From assembly GCA_009391195.1 (NCBI GenBank), contig VEXB01000001.1, positions 20,398-84,397 of the forward strand: a stretch of 64,000 nucleotides of DNA, written 5' to 3'. Both the position numbers and the translations under genes were made by a program. This document shows, one piece after another, positions 29,317 through 39,419 of the stretch (positions are counted from its first letter, which is position 1; every line of letters starts with the position of its first letter). This DNA is from SAR202 cluster bacterium AC-647-P02_OGT_505m (GTDB lineage Bacteria > Chloroflexota > Dehalococcoidia > Lucifugimonadales > UBA826). The notes below the pieces were generated by a model, which worked only from the letters and a program-made list of their open reading frames with translations, was not told where the DNA came from and made no database searches.

Positions 29317-30999
29317 ATGAACTCAAGATTATTGTTCCCAAACATCGAAGGGACAGAAGTTCTTTTTACAGACGAATTTCAGGAATACTTATTATCGTTG
29401 CATGATTTGCTTTCTGACAGAATATTGGAAGCTCGGAAAGAACGAATTCGAACCGTCGAAATGGTGCATAAAAATGGCATCAATGTGTTGGAACTACCAA
29501 CCAGCGAAATAAACACAACCGACTGGCAGGTAGACTCTGTGCCAGATGACTTAAAACAGCCAGGAATAGAAATCTCTGGGCCAGCTGGTATAGCAAGCAT
29601 GTTCATAAATGCTGTTAACCCAGGACCTGAAGGAGAGAGGGCTGTAGGATACCTCGACGACGATGAAGATTCGGGCGGGCATTCCTTTGCTGATACTCTC
29701 AACTCAGCTTTAAATAGAATGTATTCAGTAACAGGGTCACTAAGATTTGAGGACGTCTCTAGAGACAGGGTCTATGAGATCGAACCCGGACCCCTACCAT
29801 TTTTTATGCACAGAGAGAGAGGTCTTCATCTTGATGAGGCAGACGTCACTATAGATGGAAACCCAGTTTCAGCGACAATCCTTAGCACAGCACTAACTCT
29901 ATTCCACGCAGGAAGGGAACAAATCAACTTGAATCAAGGAGTTTATTTTTACCTGCCAAAGTTGGAAAGTGTAGAAGAAACTTCGATATATCATGACATG
30001 TTCGAAGCAAGCCAAGAACTTTTAAAACTCCCTCAGAATGCCATTATAAAAGCGATTATTTTGGTGGAGTCACTACCCACAGTCTTCCGTATGGAAAATA
30101 TGCTCTATGCTCTGGGACCCTATGGTGCAGGCCTTAATGCGGCAAGATGGGACCTGAAAGCAAGCATACTCGAATACATCATGGCGGACGATAAATCTGT
30201 CTGGCCTGATCGGTTTGACGTGGACGTCAAAACAACAGACTTCATATCAAACATCTTCAGGCGACTAGTAGCAGTTTGCTTAAAGCATGGCGCAGTAGCA
30301 ATCGGTGGTATGGCTACAGCACTCCCTAGCCGAGACGAAGAAATAAATGAACTAGCAGCAGACGCTATTAGATCGGACAAAGAATGGGAGGCCAGACAAG
30401 GTTTTCTAAGGGGCTGGAGTGCCCACATATATCATATGAAGACCGCCTCTGACCCGTTTAAGGAATGGTGGAGCACTGGATGGGTCCCACCTGAGGAATT
30501 AAAGGATCCAGCAAATTTTCCTTTATCCATTGACACTCCGATCGGGGCAATAACAACCGAAGGTACGAGACGGAATATACGAACAATAATAGAGTATGTG
30601 GAAGGTTGGCTGAGTGGTAGAGGGGCCAAGGGTATAGACAGCATGGAAGGCCGTGAGGGAAAACGACCTGCCCTAATGGAAGATCTTGCCACAGCGCGTA
30701 TTTCAGTAGGCCAAGTATCACAACGAATAATTCATTCAGCTGTCGGACAAGATACGGAACAAACACACACCTTGGGTTCAGTCCGCCATATCACAGACAT
30801 AGAAATTGATGATATTTTAAGACTAAGAGCTACACAGTTTTCCGGTGAAGAATTATCCGCAATAGAGTCTCGTTACAGGGCCTCAAGAAAGATAACCTTG
30901 AGATGGATCAAAAACTATACTGACATGGACTTTAGAAGCCTAGGTTCCTACACCAGAGAAGACCTTGCCAATATTGCGCTAGAACCCGAAGCGTTTTAA
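29317..30999 (+). CDS. aceB: malate synthase A family protein (divergent)
   Basis: 560 aa. PKLESVEE, GLNAARWD (canonical GLNCGRWD) and MEDLATARIS (canonical MEDAATAEIS) motifs. Confidence 0.75.
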   Translation: MNSRLLFPNIEGTEVLFTDEFQEYLLSLHDLLSDRILEARKERIRTVEMVHKNGINVLELPTSEINTTDWQVDSVPDDLKQPGIEISGPAGIASMFINAVNPGPEGERAVGYLDDDEDSGGHSFADTLNSALNRMYSVTGSLRFEDVSRDRVYEIEPGPLPFFMHRERGLHLDEADVTIDGNPVSATILSTALTLFHAGREQINLNQGVYFYLPKLESVEETSIYHDMFEASQELLKLPQNAIIKAIILVESLPTVFRMENMLYALGPYGAGLNAARWDLKASILEYIMADDKSVWPDRFDVDVKTTDFISNIFRRLVAVCLKHGAVAIGGMATALPSRDEEINELAADAIRSDKEWEARQGFLRGWSAHIYHMKTASDPFKEWWSTGWVPPEELKDPANFPLSIDTPIGAITTEGTRRNIRTIIEYVEGWLSGRGAKGIDSMEGREGKRPALMEDLATARISVGQVSQRIIHSAVGQDTEQTHTLGSVRHITDIEIDDILRLRATQFSGEELSAIESRYRASRKITLRWIKNYTDMDFRSLGSYTREDLANIALEPEAF

Positions 31000-31044
31000 G
31001 TACCCCAGGTTCCGAATTCCCGCAATATCTCTTGCTCTCTCTTC

Positions 31045-32061
31045 CTATTTAAGTTTGCCATCTTTAAATAAAGACGCCCTCAGGCTATCGTCGACAGCAT
31101 CGTCAATATTTACACTTTTTTCAATGGCTCCAAACTTTAAGAGAACATCCCGCAATTCAGTCCATCGTGAAGCATTCATAGATCCAACTCCACCAGAAAC
31201 TGTAGCGCCAGACTGAGAATCTAACAATTCAGTTTCCAACATAAATTTCATGTGGTCTCTATTCTCGTTTTCTGCGTATTTCATTACGATGTCTAATGCA
31301 GCATCCTGATTCTTCCCAATAAATTCAGTTGCTCTCATAGTTGCCTTGATGAAGTCTTTTGTAATTTGCCTTCTCGAACTAATCGTCTCTTCTGTGGCGA
31401 TATAGGTAAGACCGAGAGTAGGCACCCCATAATCTGCAGCCTCAAACACTTCAACTTCGTAACCCATAGACCTTATTGTGTCTGGTTCATTGGACTTAAA
31501 TACTGCCAAGACATCAACCTTATTCTCCAGCAGAATCCGCGGATCAAACCCAACCTGTATCTCCTCCACTGAATCTCTATCCAAACCCACTGAATCAGCA
31601 ATTGCCAGGTAATCAGGTGGGATACTGATCTTGTATCCAAATCGTTTCCCATTCCAATCTTCTGGGCCCTTAATACCTGATTCAGATAAAGAAATAAAAG
31701 CTTGTTGCCCTCTCTGACCAAAAAGAGCAATAGCCTTCACAGGTACTTCTTGCGAAGCCCGATATTTCAGAACAGAATTTGCGTCCGCAGTGGTGAAGTC
31801 AACCTTACCGGCCAACAGCAAAGTCATATTCTCACCGCCCCCTGCAGAATGAAGAATTTCAACTTCCAAACCCTCTTCTGCAAAGTAACCTTTCTCCTGG
31901 GCAACATAAGCAGCCACGAAAGGAAGATTAGCTTGAGGTTTGAATCCGGCCATAAAAGTAACCTTATTAGGCTCTGACTCCGCACAGGCCATCACTAAGA
32001 AAACCATAAGACCCACAAAAACAAAACATAGCCTGTTCACTTTAGCTCCTTTACAATTCAT
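31045..32061 (-). CDS. ABC transporter substrate-binding lipoprotein, NMT1/THI5-like (NitT/TauT family)
   Basis: Signal peptide with lipobox LVMAC when started at ATG 32061. SsuA/TauA-like fold pattern. Confidence 0.78.
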   Translation of the reverse strand: MNCKGAKVNRLCFVFVGLMVFLVMACAESEPNKVTFMAGFKPQANLPFVAAYVAQEKGYFAEEGLEVEILHSAGGGENMTLLLAGKVDFTTADANSVLKYRASQEVPVKAIALFGQRGQQAFISLSESGIKGPEDWNGKRFGYKISIPPDYLAIADSVGLDRDSVEEIQVGFDPRILLENKVDVLAVFKSNEPDTIRSMGYEVEVFEAADYGVPTLGLTYIATEETISSRRQITKDFIKATMRATEFIGKNQDAALDIVMKYAENENRDHMKFMLETELLDSQSGATVSGGVGSMNASRWTELRDVLLKFGAIEKSVNIDDAVDDSLRASLFKDGKLK

Positions 32062-32066
32062 CGTGA

Positions 32067-32840
32067 TCAAAAAGTCCCAACGGAAGGGTGCCAAAAAATG
32101 AAACGCCTTTCCACAACAGCAACAACGGATGTCGCAATTACGCCTAGCATGGCTAAGAGAAATATGGAGGCGAACAGAGTCTCCGTATCGAGATTCCCAT
32201 GTGACACCATAATGAGGTTCCCCAAACCTTTACTTGATCCGAACCATTCCCCTATCACCGCTCCAATTATTGATAAAGGAATGGCAACTTTTAAGGCAGC
32301 AAAAACGTACGGAAGAGAATAGGGAATCCGGATTTTTATAAGAATTTCCCATTTGGAAACTCCCAGTGATTCAAAATATTCCATTATCGGCCTACTGGTC
32401 GCCTTAAGCCCAGCGATAGTATTTACTAAAATAGGGAAAAAAGTAACGACAGCAACAATAAGAAATCGGGGGAAAAAACCGAACCCGAACCAAATTGCGA
32501 AAAGAGGCGCAATTGCTAGCACCGGCGTAACTTTTACAAATACTGCAAGCGGCATTACCGTCGTTTCGACAAGCGAGAATCGAGCTGAAAATAAACCGAC
32601 AATAATAGCCACTATTACGCCAAACATTAAGCCCCCTGCAGCTTCAATAGAGGTATACCCGAGATCTTCCATTAACGCTGAAAAATCCGTGACTAACGTC
32701 ATGAATACCCTCTCCGGAGATGGCATAAGGTATACCGGCACATCAGCAAGATGAATCACAAGCTGCCATATGATCAAAAATAATATAACTAAGCCAATGG
32801 GTAGTATCCGAGCCATTAAAAGTTCACCCAACACTCTCAT
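32067..32840 (-). CDS. ABC transporter permease (NitT/TauT family)
   Basis: 257 aa with 6 TM segments. The alternative start is ATG 32816. Confidence 0.85.
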   Translation of the reverse strand: MRVLGELLMARILPIGLVILFLIIWQLVIHLADVPVYLMPSPERVFMTLVTDFSALMEDLGYTSIEAAGGLMFGVIVAIIVGLFSARFSLVETTVMPLAVFVKVTPVLAIAPLFAIWFGFGFFPRFLIVAVVTFFPILVNTIAGLKATSRPIMEYFESLGVSKWEILIKIRIPYSLPYVFAALKVAIPLSIIGAVIGEWFGSSKGLGNLIMVSHGNLDTETLFASIFLLAMLGVIATSVVAVVERRFIFWHPSVGTF

Positions 32841-33570
32841 AATAAAGAGAGTCTAAGAGGGCAGTTCTCGAAGACAAATCAGATCGAGAAATATCATTCA
32901 CATTCATCTGGTGGGTAAGATTGGACGGCATACCTGCGAGTGTCAAAACCCTGTCTGACACAGCAAGAGCCTCATCTATGCTATGAGTAACGAGCAATAC
33001 TGAAGTTTTCGTTTGCTTGCATAAATCAATCAATGTTTCCCTTAAAACCGTTCTTGTGATTTCGTCTAAATGACCAAAAGGTTCATCGAGAAGAATCAGA
33101 TCTGGCTTGTGAATGAAAGCCCTCGCAATAGCAACTCTCTGTTTCATACCAGCTGACAGCTGATGTGGATAGAATCCCGAAAACTTAGCCAAACCTACAC
33201 TTTCAACTATCTCAGCTACATCCTCTATATGTAAATTTTGCCGTGTCTGTCCCATTCTGAGAGAAACACCCACATTGCCTTCCACATTTAGCCATGGAAG
33301 TAACGAATCCTCCTGGGAGACCAATCCTATTCGTTTATCCTTTCGCGCATCATAGGGTGTAGTCCCACAAACAGTAATTAGTCCCTGATCAGGAATAATG
33401 GACCCTGCAGCAAGGCGAAGAAGAGTCGTCTTACCTACTCCACTTCTTCCAATTACAGATGTCACTTCTCCCCTAGCTACGGAAAATGAAACATCTGACA
33501 CCACAGGCAACATTGAGTTATTCTGTGCGTACGAAACTGACACGCCAGCGTAAGAGAGAACAGATTCCAA
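32824..33570 (-). CDS. ABC transporter ATP-binding protein
   Basis: Walker A GRSGVGKTT, signature LSAGMKQR, Walker B LILLDEPF. Confidence 0.9.
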   Translation of the reverse strand: MESVLSYAGVSVSYAQNNSMLPVVSDVSFSVARGEVTSVIGRSGVGKTTLLRLAAGSIIPDQGLITVCGTTPYDARKDKRIGLVSQEDSLLPWLNVEGNVGVSLRMGQTRQNLHIEDVAEIVESVGLAKFSGFYPHQLSAGMKQRVAIARAFIHKPDLILLDEPFGHLDEITRTVLRETLIDLCKQTKTSVLLVTHSIDEALAVSDRVLTLAGMPSNLTHQMNVNDISRSDLSSRTALLDSLYYESVG

Positions 33571-33627
33571 TTTTATACCGCAAAAATTAGTTGAACCGTC
33601 AAATCAATGATCGGTTGAATATTAAAT

Positions 33628-33642
33628 AGATAGCGACTATCT
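33628..33642. promoter_or_regulatory. 15-nt perfect palindrome in the divergent ABC/HxlR promoter region (candidate operator)
   Basis: AGATAG-CGA-CTATCT lies about 34 nt upstream of the HxlR-family start codon. Confidence 0.3.
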
Positions 33643-33675
33643 TATTACAAGTCACAGTAATTGTGGAGTCACATA

Positions 33676-34110
33676 ATGCCACGAACTTATTCACAAGAAG
33701 GCCCAATAGCCAGAGCACTTGAACTGGTAGGAGAGAGGTGGACCCTCTTAGTTCTGCAGGAACTACTGAAAGGTGTAAGTAGATTCGCAGACCTCGAGAA
33801 TACAGTCGAAGGCATTTCACCAAACGTTTTGTCCTCAAGATTAAAAAATTTGGAAGAACACGAAATAGTTGAAAGGAAATTCTATAGCGAGCATCCGCCC
33901 CGAGCCGAGTATTTGCTTACCAGAAAAGGACATGAACTAGGTGTAGTAGCGGGTGCATTGGCAGTTTGGGGTTCCCGCCATACCAAAGGTGAAATAGAAC
34001 TTATACACGATGAATGTGGCAAATCTGTCGAGGTCATTTATCAATGTGGATCTTGTGAAGAACCCGTTCCTAGATCACGAGTAAGATTAGAACAACCCAG
34101 AGTATCCTAG
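33676..34110 (+). CDS. HxlR-family transcriptional regulator
   Basis: PIARALELVGERWTLLVLQEL... is a winged-helix HxlR pattern. GGAG lies 7 nt upstream of ATG 33676. The C-terminal tail is Cys-rich (CGKSVEVIYQCGSC). Confidence 0.85.
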   Translation: MPRTYSQEGPIARALELVGERWTLLVLQELLKGVSRFADLENTVEGISPNVLSSRLKNLEEHEIVERKFYSEHPPRAEYLLTRKGHELGVVAGALAVWGSRHTKGEIELIHDECGKSVEVIYQCGSCEEPVPRSRVRLEQPRVS

Positions 34111-34115
34111 ATAAC

Positions 34116-35555
34116 ATGAATATAGATAAAGAAAACCTCGCCTTTATCCCTGCCTTGGAACTGTCGAAAGCTATAGCCCGGAAGGAGATATCATCAGAAG
34201 AGGTGACATTGGCAGCTCTTGACCGGGCAGAACTTACCCAAGACAGCCTAAATGCGTTCATAACAATCTGCAGGGATCAAGCTGTAGAGGAGGCAGTAAA
34301 AGCCGACTCTGAAGTCTCTGCTTCTGCGGAACTATCCCCTTTGCACGGTGTCCCATTAACTGTGAAAGATTTAATAAACACGGTAGGGGTACGGACGACA
34401 ATGGGGTCACGCATCTTCGACGAGAATTTCCCTGGTTCTGATGCAGTGGCTATAGGACGATTAAAAAATGCAGGTGCAGTCCTAATTGGAAAAACTACTA
34501 CTCCTGAATTTGGACACAAACCATATACAAGCGCACCTATATTTGGCCAGACAGTCAACGCATGGAACCAGAATCGCATCGCAGGCGGTTCAAGTGGAGG
34601 GGCTGCGGTGGCAGCCGCAGCGGGTCTTGGAAGCATACATGTAGGCACTGACGGGGGAGGCTCTATAAGAATACCAGCGGCGGCCAATGGCGTCGTGGGC
34701 ATGAAAGCTACACTTGGAACTGTCCCAAATGATTCAAACCCTGATTCCTTTGGAAACTACAGCTATACAGGACCAATCACACGAACGGTATCCGACTCTG
34801 CTGCCATGTTAATGATTATGGCAGGGGAGCATTCATCGGACGTCCACTCAATGGGACGTAACAATAAAAATTACTTGGACGCTGCGATCAATCCAGGTGA
34901 CTTGAAAGGTAAGAAGATTGGGTGGAGACCCTTAATGGGAAATTCGATCGTCGATTCGGAAGTTCTAAGCATTACTTTGTCTTCTCTCAGTGCTTTGCAA
35001 TCGGCAGGAGCGGAAATTATAGAGATGACTGATGAATTCGAATCCCCAGAGCCTTTCTGGCGCATAATAAACCAGTCTGCCTGGAAGGCTAGATTTGGTA
35101 AATACATCGGGGCATGGGAAAACGAAATGACACCGTCATTAATTCGTTCCTTAAATGAAGCACAGAGTTACACAGGAGCAGAGCTTCAGGAAGCGATATA
35201 TAAGAGGACTGAACTCTTTAGAAAAGTACAAGGCTGGTTCAACCAATTCGATTTTGTTGCAACCCCCACCCTTTCAAGGACAGCCCTAGACATAGGAAAT
35301 GATTTATACGATCCAGTGATTATTGAAGGTAAAGAAGCCGGAATCGTTCGCCAGACCTGGTATCCCTACACTCATCCGTTTAATCTCACTGGACATCCAG
35401 CAATTACACTGCCTTCCGGATTCCATAGTGATGGTCTGCCGACCGGGTTACAAATAATCGGACCTTATGCATCAGACTTTGAAGTTTTGAGGTGTGGAAG
35501 AATATTCGAAATAGCTCAACCATGGGCAGACAGAATACCCCCAAATTTCCCCTAG
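34116..35555 (+). CDS. amidase-signature (AS) family amidase
   Basis: GGSSGGAAVAAAAG motif and a Ser-cisSer-Lys context. 479 aa. Confidence 0.88.
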   Translation: MNIDKENLAFIPALELSKAIARKEISSEEVTLAALDRAELTQDSLNAFITICRDQAVEEAVKADSEVSASAELSPLHGVPLTVKDLINTVGVRTTMGSRIFDENFPGSDAVAIGRLKNAGAVLIGKTTTPEFGHKPYTSAPIFGQTVNAWNQNRIAGGSSGGAAVAAAAGLGSIHVGTDGGGSIRIPAAANGVVGMKATLGTVPNDSNPDSFGNYSYTGPITRTVSDSAAMLMIMAGEHSSDVHSMGRNNKNYLDAAINPGDLKGKKIGWRPLMGNSIVDSEVLSITLSSLSALQSAGAEIIEMTDEFESPEPFWRIINQSAWKARFGKYIGAWENEMTPSLIRSLNEAQSYTGAELQEAIYKRTELFRKVQGWFNQFDFVATPTLSRTALDIGNDLYDPVIIEGKEAGIVRQTWYPYTHPFNLTGHPAITLPSGFHSDGLPTGLQIIGPYASDFEVLRCGRIFEIAQPWADRIPPNFP

Positions 35556-36754
35556 TCTTCTATAGCACTGTAAACAAGTGTTCGAAGCTCACGCCTGATG
35601 TTGTATATGCCGGAGGGAACCAACTGCGTCATGAATACCACAGCCATGTCCTCCAGCGGATCTATCCAGAAAGCTGTGTTAGCCATACCTCCCCAGGCCA
35701 ACTCCCCCACCGAGCCTGGAACCAAGGTCATCGAAGGATCTTTCACCACTGAAAACCCCAATCCAAAACCCATCCCTTGATAACTCGTTTCACTCCATCT
35801 CCCTGATGCTACCTCAGCTAGATCCACTCCACCTGTGAGATGGTTAGCCGACATGAGATCGATAGTTTTTCTACTCAATATTCTGTTCCCATTGAGTTGC
35901 CCTCCCCCGAGTATCATCCTACAAAAGGATAAGTAGTCCTCCGCAGTAGAAACCAATCCTCCCCCTCCTGACAGAAACGATGGGCGCTTTATGAACCTAC
36001 TTTTTAAAGGATCATCCAGCAGTTTTGGAAGACCATTTAGGTTATAAAGATAATTTGCTGAAAACCTCGGAATATCGACAGCGGGTACGTAAAATCCAGT
36101 ATCCGACATGCCCAATGGTTCAAATATGTTTTCATAAAAAAATGTGTCCAAACTTTGTCCAGAAATAAGTTCCACCAAATGCCCACACACATCAGTGGAC
36201 ACTGAATAATTCCATCTGTCTCCTGGAGAAAACAGCAGAGGTAAGTCTGACAAAGAATCAATCAAGCTGGCTAAGTCTTTCTGAGTAGCGCTTCCTATGC
36301 CGCGAGATGAGTAAGCCGCGTCTATCTCGTTCTCTTTTAGAAAATCATATGTGAATCCTGATTGATGAGATAAAAGATCTTTAATAGTCAGTGACCGATC
36401 TGGGGCCCGAGTTTCAAATGAGCCATCCACCCCCGACACATATACCTCCAATTTTCTAAAAGAAGGAATATACCTATACACGGGATCATCCAACTGTATT
36501 AACCCTTTTTCAAATAACATCATTAAAGCAACGGATGTAACAGGCTTAGTCATCGAAAAAATACGGAAAACAGTGTCCCATTCAACAGGCTTTTTTCTCT
36601 CTCTATCCATCAACCCCATTGTTGAATCGTGGACTAATCTGCCCTTTCGGTAAATTCCGACGAGAGAACCCGTGAACTTCCCAGTATCAATATAGTTTCG
36701 TTCAATGTGGTCATCTATAAGACCGAGTCTCCTGGATGACATTCCACTCTTCAT
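35552..36754 (-). CDS. serine hydrolase, class C beta-lactamase / EstB esterase family
   Basis: SxxK motif FSMTKPVTS. 400 aa. No signal peptide. Confidence 0.85.
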   Translation of the reverse strand: MKSGMSSRRLGLIDDHIERNYIDTGKFTGSLVGIYRKGRLVHDSTMGLMDRERKKPVEWDTVFRIFSMTKPVTSVALMMLFEKGLIQLDDPVYRYIPSFRKLEVYVSGVDGSFETRAPDRSLTIKDLLSHQSGFTYDFLKENEIDAAYSSRGIGSATQKDLASLIDSLSDLPLLFSPGDRWNYSVSTDVCGHLVELISGQSLDTFFYENIFEPLGMSDTGFYVPAVDIPRFSANYLYNLNGLPKLLDDPLKSRFIKRPSFLSGGGGLVSTAEDYLSFCRMILGGGQLNGNRILSRKTIDLMSANHLTGGVDLAEVASGRWSETSYQGMGFGLGFSVVKDPSMTLVPGSVGELAWGGMANTAFWIDPLEDMAVVFMTQLVPSGIYNIRRELRTLVYSAIED

Positions 36755-36957
36755 AACAATCCGACCTTAAAATTAATATCCTAGCGGGACATATCCTAAA
36801 TCAAAGATCCCACTTTTGTGATTCCGTGGTGAATTCTACTAATAAGATTCACTTTGCTGACTCGCCATAGTGCAACAACTTGAGCGACCTGCTTATTGTA
36901 AGTAGTGAAGCTGACATTTAACATTGCGCGAGACATTTATAAAGAAAGTGGGGGAAT

Positions 36958-38154
36958 ATGAGTGCCTTAAAAGATATAAAAGTGCTCGACTTATCGAGAA
37001 TATTAGCTGGTCCTTTTGGTACACAAATTTTAGCGGACTTAGGAGCAGAAGTATGGAAAGTAGAATCTCCCTGGGGTGATGATACTCGGAGTTGGGGACC
37101 CCCTTTTGTCGGAGATGAAAGCGCATACTACCTTTCAGCCAATAGGGGGAAAAAAAGCCTCATTGTCAATCTCAGAGAAGAGAGGGGACAAAAGATTATT
37201 AAAGATCTTGCCTCAAAGGCAGATATATTTGTTGAAAACTTCAAAGTCGGTAATCTAGCGAGGTTTGGCTTGGACTACAAATCTCTTGCTGAAGTAAATC
37301 CGGGATTAATCTACGCTTCCGTAACTGGATTTGGACAAACAGGCCCGAGAGCCCAAGAACCGGGCTATGATGCAGCCCTCCAAGGCATGACAGGAATCAT
37401 GAGTGTCACTGGCGAGGCGGACGGAGGTCCTACGAAGGTTGGAGCTGCGTGGATAGACATCCTCACAGGACTTACGTCAATAATTGGAATTCTTTCAGCG
37501 CTTCACGAAAAAAGTATAAGCGGTAGAGGACAGCATATCGATGTATCGCTTTTCGATGTAGGTATAGCCTGCATGGCAAACATAGCCCAGAGCTATCTTG
37601 CTACTGGGAACTCTCCAGGAAGAATAGGAAACGCGCATCCCCAAGTGGCCCCTTATCAGGACTTCAGGGCCTCGGACGGAGATTTCATGACGGCCGCAAA
37701 CAATGACGATCAATTTCGCAGGCTTTGCGAAACTGTCGGCTTGCCAGAATTAGCTGAAGACTTAAGGTTTACAACAAATGCCCTCAGAGTGGAGAACAGG
37801 AATGAACTAGAAAAACTTCTAAATGACCAAATAGGAGCAAAGCCTATCTCCCACTGGATGTCGGAGATGCAATCAGCCGGGTTAACCGTGACTCCAATAA
37901 ACACAATCGAAGATGTTTTTAAGGATCCTCAAGCTGAAGCCAGAAATGCCTTATGGAATGTAGATCATCCTACCCTGGGAAACATACAGCTCCTAGGTTC
38001 TGCACTGCAACACCTAAGTAGAACTCCCGCTTCACCCCAGGGACATCCCCCTCTTCTGGGTGAACATACCTCAGAGATTATGAAAGACGTATTAGACATG
38101 TCACAGGATGAGATAGATACCCTTTTGTCTGAGGAAGTAATCAAGGATCGTTAA
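36958..38154 (+). CDS. family III CoA-transferase (CaiB/BaiF)
   Basis: IKVLDLSRILAGPFGTQILADLGAEVWKVESPWGDD is the canonical N-terminus. 398 aa. Confidence 0.88.
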   Translation: MSALKDIKVLDLSRILAGPFGTQILADLGAEVWKVESPWGDDTRSWGPPFVGDESAYYLSANRGKKSLIVNLREERGQKIIKDLASKADIFVENFKVGNLARFGLDYKSLAEVNPGLIYASVTGFGQTGPRAQEPGYDAALQGMTGIMSVTGEADGGPTKVGAAWIDILTGLTSIIGILSALHEKSISGRGQHIDVSLFDVGIACMANIAQSYLATGNSPGRIGNAHPQVAPYQDFRASDGDFMTAANNDDQFRRLCETVGLPELAEDLRFTTNALRVENRNELEKLLNDQIGAKPISHWMSEMQSAGLTVTPINTIEDVFKDPQAEARNALWNVDHPTLGNIQLLGSALQHLSRTPASPQGHPPLLGEHTSEIMKDVLDMSQDEIDTLLSEEVIKDR

Positions 38155-38195
38155 CTTACCCAACTACTGAGCAATATTCTATTCTGGAGTCTCTT

Positions 38196-39395
38196 ATGAA
38201 AATAAAAAGCGTTAGATCTGTCACACTCGACATCCCTAAAAAACCTCCTACATCAAAATCAAGAAGACCAAATTGGAACAACACGTCTCCTAGAGCCCTC
38301 CCCATAAACAAATATCCAGAATTTGAAACCGTGCACGGCAAAATGCCTGGGGCAAACACATCTGAAAGCACATGGGTGCAGGTTATAGCAGAAGACGGTA
38401 CGTGGGGACTTGGGGAAACCAGTTTTGGTGAAATAACAGCCGCAGTTGTAGATTTTCACTTTGCACCTCTTTTGGAGGGTCGTGATTGCTTCGCATTGGA
38501 ATTCCTTAACGATCTCATGTGGAGATCAACTCAAAGATTCGGGTCTGGTGGACTGGCCACAGTAGCGCAATCGGGAATAGACCTTGCACTCTGGGATCTA
38601 AAAGGAAAACTTATGGATCAGCCGGTCTACAGTCTCATAGGAGGTCCTTGTAGAGAGAAAGCCTTATGTTACGTAACATCCGATGACTTAGACTGGTCAA
38701 TAGAACTAGGATTCAAGCATTTTAAAGTCTCCAACCCGGCCCATTACGACATGGGAATTGACGGACTCAACCTAGTGGAGGAGAAAATAGCCTCAGCAAG
38801 GGAAATCGTCGGTAACAACTCTGAATTAATGTACAACCCAGTTATGTCCTTCAATGTAGAGTTCGCAATTCGAATGGCTGAGCGACTAAAACCCTATGGC
38901 TTGCGTTGGTTAGAAGAACCTCTAATTCCAACAGACTTGGAAGGACACATTGAACTTAGAAAAGCAATAAACTGGGTACCTCTAGCAACCGGTGAAGATC
39001 ATCATGGCAGATGGACTTTCCGACAACTGGTAGAGAACAGGGCGGTCGATGTCTTACAGCCTGACCTTAAGTGGTGCGGGGGACTAAGCGAAGCTCTGAA
39101 GATTTATGCTATAGGGGAGGCAGCTGGCATTATCACGATACCTCACGCCGCCGCCGCTTCTCCTTGGGGACAACATTTTGCCATATCTATGCCTGAATCT
39201 CCCATGGCTGAGTTCTGGATGGGCTCTGATCCAGGAATACCGTTAGAAGAACTCTGTCCGATACCAGGAATGCCGATGCCTAAAGACGGATATATAAAAC
39301 CTTCCGACGCACCTGGGTTTGGCATGGAAATAAAGGAAGAATGGATTATTCCATGGGACCATTCTGCCGCATCAAGGAATACTGATAAAAGGTAA
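38196..39395 (+). CDS. enolase-superfamily enzyme, L-rhamnonate dehydratase (RhamD)-like, paralog 1
   Basis: 399 aa. IDLALWDLKGK, WLEEP, ATGEDHH and IPHAAA motifs. The first metal-ligand strand reads LMYNPV (Asn at 38835..38837) where paralog 2 has AVDSW. Confidence 0.85.
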   Translation: MKIKSVRSVTLDIPKKPPTSKSRRPNWNNTSPRALPINKYPEFETVHGKMPGANTSESTWVQVIAEDGTWGLGETSFGEITAAVVDFHFAPLLEGRDCFALEFLNDLMWRSTQRFGSGGLATVAQSGIDLALWDLKGKLMDQPVYSLIGGPCREKALCYVTSDDLDWSIELGFKHFKVSNPAHYDMGIDGLNLVEEKIASAREIVGNNSELMYNPVMSFNVEFAIRMAERLKPYGLRWLEEPLIPTDLEGHIELRKAINWVPLATGEDHHGRWTFRQLVENRAVDVLQPDLKWCGGLSEALKIYAIGEAAGIITIPHAAAASPWGQHFAISMPESPMAEFWMGSDPGIPLEELCPIPGMPMPKDGYIKPSDAPGFGMEIKEEWIIPWDHSAASRNTDKR

Positions 39396-39419
39396 TGTCG
39401 AGTTAGTAAAGGAGTCTAT

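Noticed and set aside
36893-37126. A 77-aa minus-strand ORF and a 60-aa plus-strand ORF (37076..37258) at the start of the CoA-transferase gene
   Set aside because: Both overlap the well-supported CaiB-family CDS and show no motifs or SD.
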